DNA of 64,000 nucleotides from Eledone cirrhosa (taxonomy: Eukaryota), in assembly GCA_964016885.1 (NCBI GenBank), contig OZ024740.1:363444001-363508000 (forward strand). Direction: 5' to 3'. Made by a program: the position numbers and the translations under genes. Below, piece by piece: positions 43,301 to 55,300 of the stretch. The notes under the pieces were generated by a model. That model saw nothing but the letters and a program-made list of their open reading frames with translations. It had not been told where the DNA came from and did not search any database. Positions within the stretch are counted from its first letter, which is position 1. Each line of letters begins with the position of its first letter.

Positions 43301-46300
43301 ATGTGACATAGAGAAACAATCAGCCACGTTGTTTCAAGGTTATTGCCTTTGTCAAATACATTTATGTAACCAGCTATGTGAGAGTGAAAAACCAAATTCT
43401 AATTTTGTTTTTAATTTTCAGCAAAGCTAGCCATAAAATTGTTCAGTATGCATATAAGTCTAATCAGCTGATGTATACTTTAAAAAATACCATATATTTT
43501 CAACAGTTCAAGTGAGTGGCAGAAAGAGATACACAATCTTGACAAATGGCAATAACTCTGAAACAACGCTGTAGATTGTTTCTCTATGCCACTGCTAGAA
43601 CAAAAGGATGACAGCGGTCATCTAAAAAAACATCTAAAAAATTTGCTTGCAAATGAATCCAATATTATTATTATCATCTGATATCAAACTCACAAATGCA
43701 TTTATGTAAACAGCTATGTGAGAGCAAGAAACCAAATTATAATTTTGTTTGTATATATATCATCATCATCATCATCACCGTTTTACGTCCATTCTTCCCC
43801 GCTAGCATGAGTTAGGCGGGTTGTCCTGTTGTGGACAATGCCAGGTCAGGTGACCATGTCTTGCTCATATAGAACTGATTTTGGCTTGATTTCTACAGCT
43901 GGATGCCCTTCCTAACCCCAACCTCATTAACAGTGAGTACTGGGTGCTTTTTTTTACTGTGGCGCCTACACGACCACTTTACCATGGGAACTGGGCACTT
44001 TTATGTTGTGACACCTACGTGACCAGTTAACAGAGGGAGGGGGTGGGAGCATACTATTTATATGCTTCAGCTTCAGCTTGTACCCATAGGAAGTCAGGTC
44101 TTCTGTATTACTGCATAACACCAGAGGTCTTGTTCCTGCATCATCGCCTTTGAAAGATGCAATTGGATAAGGTCAGCTTTTATCACCTCATCCCAAGTCT
44201 TCTTATGTCCCTCCACTCCAAGGCTTCCATCGACTTTTAGTGCTCTGCACCTTTTTACGCAGCTGTCATCCTTGATATGCATCACATGTCCATACCAATG
44301 CAATCTAGTAACCTTTGGCATTGAGAACTGGACCAACTGAAACACAATCTCACTGTGTGGTGCCAAAGGTCACATTTTTCACATCTAGAGTAAAGAGAAG
44401 ATATTGCAACAGCCTGGGGTTCAAAGGCTCTCAACTCTTCAACAAGCTGCCAAGAAACTTGAAAGATCTGCATGGTGTGGACGTGGATTTTTTTCAAGAA
44501 ACATTTTGACAGTCTGCTATCCAGGATCCCAGATGAGCTGAGCCAACAGCATAGAATGAAGGTAACCTAAGGGCAGCAGCAACAAACTCCTTCTTACACC
44601 AATAGGCACCCAACTTAGGGTGGATATAGAACATGTATATATATATATATATATCGCTGTGAAGTTATGTGTACCACAACATCCAGTCCTAAATAAATGA
44701 GGTTGTGTAGGTGCCATGACAAAAAAACACACAGTCCACGCTGTAATGTGGCCATGTAGGTAACACGGTAAAAAGCTCCCAGTCCACACTGTAAACGTGG
44801 GCAGTGTTAGGAAGGGCATCCAGCCGTAGAAAACCTGCCAGACAGTCCTATACAAGCAAGACAACCAATCTTGCCTCAAGTGGGACAATTCCCATCTAAA
44901 CCCATGCTAGCGTGGAACATAGACGTTAAACATGATGATGATGATGATATATATATATATATATATATATTTCGTTTCTGAATTTGTTTAGCAAGATTCT
45001 TTATCTGAAAACGTGTGTTGAAACCGATATTGTTATACTTTGGGAGGGTCATGTTGCCAATAAGAAACACACGCACCAGTTGCTTTCACTTCAATTTATT
45101 ATAATAAATTTATAAATTTAGGAATTTATAAATTTCCGGTTGGTTGGTTGGTTCCACAACCAGATGGTTGTTTATATATTGTCAAAGTTCTTTCGTCACA
45201 CATTCTGTGACCTCTTCAGTGACTGGGGATTCTTTTCCCTGTTTTTTGTGCCTCTCCTTTGTTCTGTCCTACGCCATCTTGTTTTTGTGTGTGTGTTGTG
45301 TGCTTAGTTTGCGCATGTGTTACATCCGGGTGTCTGTGTGTGTTTATATTCGTTTATTTATTTGTTTATTTACATGTTACTGGTTGGTTGTTTGTTCTAT
45401 GTGCGTGTGTGTTTTCATTTTGTCCTTAATTGTAAGTTGTGATGTTGCTGTTCCACTCATGTTTTCTATTTAATTTTGGTTGTAATTCATTTATGTTTAT
45501 TGCCTCTGTGATTTATCTAAACATTGCGTCTTTTCTGTGTGTAGATTCTATTTTTATTTCTATGTTCTCTAATTTACCCTTTGACAATATATAAACAACC
45601 ATCTGGTTGTGGAACCAACCAACCAACCAACCGGAAATTTATAAATTCCTAAATTTATAAATTTATTATAATAAATTGAAGTGAAAGCAACTGGTGCGTA
45701 TGTTTCTTATTGGCAACATGACCCTCCCAAAGTATAACAATATATATATATATATATATAACTATATATATGTATCATCATCATCATCATCAACATCTTC
45801 GTTTAACGTCCATCTTCCACGCTAGCATGGGTTAGACCATATATATATATATATGACCCAAGGTAGTAAATCAGACTCTGTTCAGTCCTGGTGCGCAAGG
45901 CCTGTGATCCGTGATGTAAAGGACATCCAGGACTGAGACCTGTAGGGAAGAGGGACCAGGAGAATGGAAATGATGGGCGACGGGAGTATCTAAACTGAGT
46001 CGTATGTCCCTCAAATGTTCAGCAAAATGGTCCGCCAAACGGCGTCCTGTTTGTCCAATGTATAAGGACCTGCAAAGGGAACACTGGAGGGCATAGACAA
46101 TGTGGGTGAAGGTGCAGGTGAAGGAGTGGTGGATATGGAATGAACCATTGTAGAGGGTTTGTCAACAGCTGGACTACATTATGATCCACACTTCTAAAAA
46201 CATATCAGGTAACTAAAATACGCTCATGGTGAAAAGAGAAAACATGCGTTATACAGCCCATGGTGGTGTGAATGCACTGAAAGACTGCTAAAAACAGCAG

Positions 46301-49300
46301 CTCGGAACAATTCAACTTAAGAAGCTCTACTTTACCTATAGAAATGAATTAGGAGCCAATATATTGAATTAAAAAATGGAGTTAAAGACTCACATTAATC
46401 CCTATAATTTAATGAGCCCAAGGAATAGACTCCGGGCTCTTTTAAATCAGTGTATAGAAAGAAGTACACAGAGAGGTATCTGTTTAATCATGGGGGATAG
46501 AAAACCACCAGAGTGAAGAACATATTGTCTACGAAAGGAAAGGAGAATACAGATCAATTAAAAGAATAAATTAAAATGTACTAACCATCTAATAATAACT
46601 ATACAGGGAGTATGTTTCACTTATATACATTCCAGCTTTGGCATGGTTTCTTTAGTAGATTACCCTCTAAGTACAATATTATTGTCAGTTTGTTTTTCAA
46701 ATATTTCTTTAAATTCTTTCAAATTTCATATTCTGATTTTGCTCATCAAAATAACAAACCCTTTTGATACCAAACTGCTTGAAATCATCCCTGGTTCCAT
46801 GATACAAAGCCATTTTCTTTTAGAAGAGTTTATATTTATTTAAAAACATTTCATCATAATTCTATGTAAGAACCTTGTGCCAGAAACCCCAGATAGATAA
46901 GAATGTTAGTTGTATTAATAAATCCCTTCAAATCTTTGATTATTTTCCAAACTATTTCAAAATTTTAGGGAGAGTCTTTTGTTAAAAATACGGTAACAAA
47001 AGGGCTAAATTATATTGAAATGATTAAAACTGAGATAATCAATTTTATTTCCACTTCTGTTCATTAACAGCAGATACTCTTTTTACGTGCACATTTGAAA
47101 ATGGTTTGTGTAACTGGCAACAGAGTCTGACTGATGACTTTCAATGGCAGCTACATCAAGGTTACACACCAGCCAAGAGTATTGGACCTCAAGGTGACCA
47201 CACCACAGGATGTAAGTAAATACCATATTTGATTTATATATTGAGTTTCTTTTTATACTAAATTTGAAGCTGGTTTTATCCTCCTCCTCATCATCATCAC
47301 TGCTTTATGCATGTTTACTACATTGGCATGGATTTGATGAGTTGACATATTCAGGTCAACTGACCAATCTTGATATGGTTTTTAAAGCTAGATACTCTTT
47401 CTTATGCCAATCACATTGCAATGAGTACCAGATGCATTTTATGATGCTACCATTATTACCACTTTAACGAGTAGTCTAGGTACATTTTATTATGGCACCA
47501 GCACTACAGAGTGTACTGGGTGCATGTTATCATTGCATTAGCGTTAGTGAGGTTGTCAGTTATTGTCTGCCCTATGGTATTAAGGAAGTATGTTTGTCCC
47601 TGTACAGCTGTGTTTAAAAAAATATTTTTTGCAATCTTATTTAGGAGAACATCAAAAATGAATGTATGTTGATACCAGCTATGGTTCTATAAAACAAAAC
47701 TACCCATTTTGGAGGTTTCCTATTTAGATTAAAATTTTCTAACATAATTTATATAGAATCAAATGTTTAGCTACTCTCTTAGTAACGAAATTACCAATAA
47801 TTGTATTAAATCCCTCAAAATTCTTCATTAAACCTTTTGATACCAAACAGACCAAAACCAGGCCTGGTTCTATGATGCAAACCTACCTATTTTAAAGGGT
47901 TCCATTTTCAATTAAAACTTCCAAAATAATTTATATAGTACCATATGTTTAGTTACTGTCTTAGAAGTGATTAATAATTTCAGTAAATACCTCAAAATTC
48001 TTCATTAATTAATTGAAATACAGTGTATTTCATTAGAAATATAGTCACAAAAGGGTTAAATGAATCTAAAAGAATGAAATTCAATTCTAGTATTTTCTTT
48101 TATGCATATATTTCTCTATGTATATATTTTCAGCTGGTCACTACCTATATATAGATACTAATGGTCAAACAGTGAACAGCACAGCACAGCTGTATTTCTT
48201 AATATCTTCTAAATCTAATGGAACAAGGTGTTTAAAGTTTTGGTACAATATGCGTGGGCAGCATATTGATTCTTTAGATGCTTATGTACAGTATGGAACT
48301 AGTTCTAATCCACCTATCTGGACAAGGCAAAATGACCAAGGACCAAATTGGCAGCTTGCACAGATTGATTTCCAAGAGGTTGATATGGCTGATATGAAGG
48401 TGATAAATTAATATTTTTGATTATAGTTCATTTTCTTTATTTAATCAGCATCACAAGTGTAATGAAATACATTTTAATATTTAAAAAAAGTATATGTGAA
48501 TATAGATTCAAAGAACATATGAAGGACATATGAAAAAGACCAAACAGTTCAGTATCATCATCATCAATTTACATCTGCTTTCCGTGCTGGCAAGGGTTGG
48601 GTGGGCATTCAAGATTTGAGACTTGACAGGTTGGGTGACCATACCTTACTCAAATATTTCAGTTTTACAGCTGAATAGCCTTCCTAATGCCAACTACTTT
48701 ACAAAGTAGACTAAATACATTTTATCATGGTACCTATGCCAGCACAGGCAGAATACACTGAGTGTATTTTATTGTGGCACCAACATTATCACTATACAAA
48801 GTGAACTGGGTGCATTTTGTGGTGGCACCAACACCACCACTTGTAGAGTGAACCATATGCATTCCACTGTGGCATAAACATTAGGGAGATTGATACATCC
48901 TCAGCCTGGCAGAGAAGAGCCAGAGATGAAGGCATAGTTGAATAAATGGAATTATATTTTTAATATTATATTATCAATTTTGTCTTTGATATGAGTTGAT
49001 ATTCAACAAATTCAAAACAAAAAAGGAGGAAAATTGAATTTAATTATGTTTTAATTAATATCAATGCATATATTTAAAATTCAATTTTCCTCCTTTTTTG
49101 TTCTGAATTTGTTGAACATCAACTCATATCAAAGACAAAATTGATAAGATAATAATATATTTGACTGCTGTTGTCTGAATTAATGCTAAGTGCAGATCAT
49201 CTTCATCAGCACTACCATCGTTATTATCACCATCACCATCATACACCCTTTTTTTTCCATATCATCATAGGTTGGGACAAGTTGTTACAGACCAAATCAA

Positions 49301-52300
49301 TACTTAATTAGAGATACTGTTGTCCTAGATTGGCCAAAGACCACTTCTCACTTATAATATTTCATTGTATTTTTTAATCAAGACAGTTAACTCCATATTT
49401 TTCAACTTTGCTGTGACTAATAACTATTAACCCTTTAGCATTTACATTACTTTATATTTACTATGATTTCACTGTAAAGGCTTTACATCACATAATTATC
49501 TCACATAATATCAAATCTATGAGATTTTGATATTATTCATTTTGACATCAGTATGATGTTAAGGTATTCTTATATCCAGATTGAACAGAAAGAGGTGAGA
49601 GGATTCTGGTCGGATACGGCCAGTTTAAATGCTTAAAGGTTAAACAATTAATTTTGTGACTATTTTTTTTGAAATACACTGTCCATGTCCTTCAATGAAA
49701 ATAATAAAAAAAAATTGGAAGGATTTAGTAAAAACAACATTTTTGTTCTTAAGTTAGAGTTCAAATCAGAAATGGGTCTTATATACAAATATTAAATATA
49801 TCTTATATACAAGGTCTTAACTTAAATAGAAACATTTAAATAGGCAGTTTTATATAAAAATCAATTCGATTTTTTACTGATTTCAGACAACATACTGGTG
49901 GACACTACTGTCATGGAATTAAGTCACTCATCTGACACACAATGACATGATCAATGAATCAATGCACCACATGGAATTTATATAATCAAACATCTATTCT
50001 AATATACTATTTCATCATCTTATTGTGCTGATTGCATGGATCACCATGGTCCTCCATCTCTATCTATTTCAGTCATTCATTGCTCATAGAAGGTCCTCTA
50101 GACTACACTCAGCATCATCACATTGCTGTTTATTGTATGTTCTGTGAGTTCCACCCTACACTGGAATGCCCATGCTTTGGTTCCATAACAATGCATCACT
50201 GACAATTTCCACCTTTGCTTCCCAGCAGTGTCCTATAAATCTAGTTCATCCCTCTCAGATGGTATGAGAGATTGCAGGTTCATGGCCATAAAGTTGTTTT
50301 TGGAGAGTGTAGCTTGTAGGATATGTTTAAAGCAGCTCTGAACATCCCTGTGTATGTGCAATCTAGTTTTTTCTTGGGTCGTATAATGAGTGCCTATGTA
50401 ATACCCCTAAACAGCAGGACTGACTCCATCGTCATTTGGAAGAATCTACATCTTATTTGTTTGGAGAACTATGATTTCCAAGGCATCTCAAGATTTGTCA
50501 ATGTGTGTGTTTAGCTTGCTTTCAGTGAAACCTTGTTTTGAGCTTTTGCCCAATTTAAAGATTATTTTCTTCACTTTCTTACTTTCAGGGCAATTAAAAA
50601 TACAATTTTTAGACAATCTGACTTTCAACCCTTTGTTACTATATTTCTAATGAAAGACATTTTCTTCATTCTTTTAAATGGTTAATTATATTAATATCTA
50701 CACAAAATATTTAATGTATTTTATTTGTTCTTTTTCCTCAGATAATAATTGAAGGAAAGAAAGGTGGGAATTTCGTGGGTAATATTGCTATTGATGACAT
50801 CTCAATAACCAGTGATAGTTGCTATGGTATGTACCTGATAATTCTTTTGGCAGTATCGGTAGAGGGTCGGATGGCATGCTTTGCAGCAAAGAGTTACGGC
50901 GCTTTATGGTCTGAATTCAAATCCTGCCGAGGTTAACTTTGCCTTTCATCCTTATGGGGTCGATAAAATAAAGTACCAGTAATACAATTATTAGTGCAGA
51001 GTGTTGCAGTTGGCTTAAAACATTGTGGATTATAAAGAAAACAGTATTTTAGAAGGCTACAACCATGCAAAGCTGGTGAATTGGCAGAGTTGTTAGAATG
51101 TTTGATAGAATGCTTTGCAGTATTCATTCTGATTTTCAGCATTCTGAATTTAAATCCCTTCAAGGTTGATAAAATGCCAATCCAATAATAATGTTGATTC
51201 TTCCACTGTCTCTCTCTGAAAGAAATTAGCTTTGTTAAGCCTGGAGAGGGATGGGCTCTGCCAGGCTTAAAATACCAAAGATACACTATATGTTATGATT
51301 GCAACACTACAACTTCATCAGGAGTTATAAGCCCATCTATCCAATCCATTAGTTCATGTATGTACATCAATGAAAATATAACATTTAGTATTAAATACAA
51401 CATTAATAAAGATGCTGGAATGTTAATTTAGAAATGTTTAATTTGTCCTATATATTTCGGCAATAAAATCCCTTTTAAAAGAAAGAAAATTTTAGGAACT
51501 ATGTTGGAGCAGAAAAACTGTGTTTACTTCATATGGTGGTAGTTAAACTCAGAATGGAATGTAGGGAATGTAGTCATCATCATCATCATCATCATCATTT
51601 TACGTCCGCTCTTCCCTGCTTGCAAGGGTGGGAGGGGTCTAATTCAGCACAGCATCTCTCCACTTGTCACGGTCCTTCGTCATCTCCACCATGAGCTTCA
51701 GCGATCTGAGGTCTGTTCTCACCAGCTCTGCCCATGTTTTTCGTGGTCTACCTCTACCACGTCTTCCTTCAACTGGCATTTCCTGGTACTTCTTTACCCA
51801 TCGGTCATCCTCCATGTGCATCACATGTCCATACCACCTCAGTCTCCTCTCCCGTACACTACATTCTATCCCTCTCAGACACAGTTTCTCTCTCAACACA
51901 TTAATGCTGGGTCGTTCACGCACATTGACACTGCACATCCAAAGGAGCATGCTTGCCTCATTTCTCCCCAGCCATCGCATATCCTCTGCAGTTGTTGCCC
52001 ATGTCTCACTACCATGCAGCATCACGCATCTTACACAGGCATCATATAACCGTCCTTTCGTACACAGGGAGAAACCCTTCTTTGTCAACAAAGGAAGCAG
52101 CTCCCTAAACTTCTTCCAACCCGTCCTTATTCTAGATACTATAACCCCGCAACACCCCCCTCGCATGCTAATCTGATCACCTAGGTACCAGAAGCTATCA
52201 ACCACTTCTATAGCACCCACCTGCATTGGAAAAATGTGTCTATCACTGCGATTACTACTGTCTAATTTCCCTGTACATCTATTGCATACATATTTCTCTC

Positions 52301-55300
52301 TACCTGTTAGTTTGCCTGCTATCCTGCTACATCTCTTGTGTACCCAGGATCTGCATTGTGTGCATTTTTTAGAATTTCTGCATAGAATTTCTGCAGTTCC
52401 TTTCTGCATATCGAACATGGCCATTTCCCTGACGGAATCAGAGTTTTGTCCTCTTTTCTACTCATCAACACTTTTGTCTTAGCTAGGTTTACTCTCGGTC
52501 CTCTTAATTCCAACTGCTGTTTCCATAGCCAGAATTTATTCTCTAGCTCCTCTACTGATTTTGTTATAAGAACCAGATCGTCAGCATAGAGCAGTTCCCA
52601 TGGACAGCCAGTCTTAAACTCCTCTGTTATGGCTTGGAGGACTATAATGAACAAGAGCGGGCTGAGGACCAAACCTTGATGTACTCCTACTTGTATCTGG
52701 AATTCCTCACTAAACTCCATTCCTACCTTGACTTTACTGACAGTACCTCTGTACAAAGTTTGCACTGTCCTCACAAGCCATTCCTCAACACCTAGTTTCC
52801 TTAGGGACCACCAGATGACAGATCGGGGTACCCTATCAAAGGCCTTCTCTAGGTCAACAAAGGCTAAGTATAGTGGCTTATTTTTCTCTAAGAACCTCTC
52901 TTGCAATTGTCTCACCAAGAAGAGGGTAGTATATTTGTTTATTTAAGGAGCAATTAATTATTTCGGTGGCAAATTGGTAGAGTCGTTAGGACATCAAATT
53001 AATTATCACAGTATTTGTTTCAGCTCAATGTAATCCAAGTTTAAATCCTATTGTAATCAACATTGTCATTCTTTCAAGGGATGCTGGGTTGGCAAAATTG
53101 TTAGTGTGGGATGGGATGCTTGTATGATCTGAGTTCAAATCCTACCTCCTTCTACCAGGATGTATGACCTACAAATAGTATCAGCCATAAAAAGATCAAT
53201 GGGAACATTGTTTGCTCAGTTTAGTTTGGCAATGGGTTTTTTTCTTATTTTTTAAAACATTACCAAGGTAACATTTCGTCACCTTTGTTATTTTTATTTT
53301 TATATTTTATGTTCTATTTGCATTCCTGTAGCCTTTTAAATTGCTATTTTATTCCATTATTATTTGCTTTTTTCTTTTAATGCATTGGCCAAAGAAGAAA
53401 GGGTATCACCCATAATACTTTCTAGGGCTTCTGAGATTGGTGGAAGAAAGCATTGATCCTCTTATTGAACCAGTTTCCTGGTCTCGATATATGCAAAAGT
53501 GTGGACTCCTCTAAAAGCACCCAATACTAGGTGGTGCATTGATAGACCTAAGGCCATGGTAGAAGACACTTGCCCAAAGTGTGACACAATGAAATCAAAT
53601 CGCCTAAGATAATGTTGTTAAATAGGCAACGGATAAAGTTTCTAACTTATTTTAACATAGTTCTCAGGGAGATTCACCATGACACAGTATGTAACAAGGC
53701 TAGCCATTTGAATCTCAGATACAGTATGTAACAAGGCTAGCCATTTTAATCTCAGATATTTATGCCAGCTGAGTGGATGGAGCACTTTGAAATAAAATGT
53801 CATACTCAAGGACACAACATACTGGTGGTAATCAAACTGCTAACCTTACAATTGTGAGCCGAACCTCCCTAACTACTAAACCTCATGCCTTCCCCACCAA
53901 CTAAGTATTGATGAATATAATCAACTGTTGTGCTTATGTAAAAAATCATTAATTTGTTTATTTTTATTTGATGGATTTAACAGAAAGTTATGGAAGATGT
54001 GATTTTGAAAGTCGAAGTTTATGTGGCTACACACTAGACACAACGGCTGACTTCCGCTGGAAATGGCAAAGTGCTTATGTCTCACAATTTTCAACAGCCC
54101 CCACTAAAGATCATACATATGGATCACGCCGAGGTTAGAAAATTGTTATTATTGTTCCTATTGTTGAGGTTGTTTTCAACAGCACCCCTTAAAGGATCAT
54201 ACATATGGATCACGCCAAGTTTACCAAATTATTATTATTGTTATTGTTAGGGTGATGAATTGGCAGTATTGGGAGAGCACTAGGCAACATGCTTTGTGGC
54301 ATATAGTTATGGGATTTAATGTTCTTAGTTCAAATCTAGCGAAGGTGAGCTTTACCTTTCATCCTTACAGGGTCAATAAAATAAAGTATCAGTAGTGCAC
54401 TGGGGTTGATTTAATCAACTTTCCCCTCCCCCAAATTGTTGGTTTTGTGCTTAGAGTCTGGCGCCATGCTTTATAGCACAGAGTTACGACCCTTTATGGT
54501 CTGAGTTCAAATCCCGCCGAGGTTAACTTTGCCTTTCATCCTTACAGGGTCGATAAAATAAAGCACCAGTAATACACTGGGATAATTGCTGGCCTTGTGC
54601 CAAAAGTAGAAACAATTATTATTGTTGTTAAGGGGAGTAAATTAGCGGGATTGGTAGAATGTTGAACATTCTGAGTTCAAATCCTGATGAGATTAATTTT
54701 GCCTTTCATTCTTTGGAATAACGTTACTCGACAAAGTGCATAATTCGGAGATCAGAGAGTCACTCCAGGTAGAGCCGCTACTTCTCTGAATTGAGAGATC
54801 CCAGCTCCACTACTATGGGTATGTTAGAATGTCTCAGGAAAGAATCACTTGACAGATTTTATGGGCAAAACCAACAGACAAGAGACCCAGAGGTTGACCC
54901 TGAGCAAAGTGGTTGGATAACATCCATGAGCATGGCTGGTCATGCTTGGGGATCCAACTGGATCAGTTGGAGACAGTTGCTTCTGACAGGGCCCACTGGA
55001 AGGTGTGTTTGAGGACTCTACCCTCATGACCCTCTCTCAAATAAGTGGTCGAAGAAGAAAATCCTTTTGGAGTAGATAAAATAAAGTACTAATTAAATAC
55101 TGATGTCGATATAGTCTACATTCTCCTTCTCCCAAATTGCTGATCTTTTGCTAATGCTAAATAGGATTATTGTTGTTGTTGATGCTTTCAAACAGGCCTC
55201 ATACATATAGATCATGCCTAGGTTAGAAAATCTATATAATTATGCTTGTACATGTGTGACATGGATAGAGGAAGGGTAGAAAATAGTAATCAAATGAGTC

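Noticed and set aside
45860-46560. GC-richer unassigned segment after (TA)n
   Set aside because: No ORF or motif I can recognise; probably an old TE fragment, needs a Dfam/BLASTX search.
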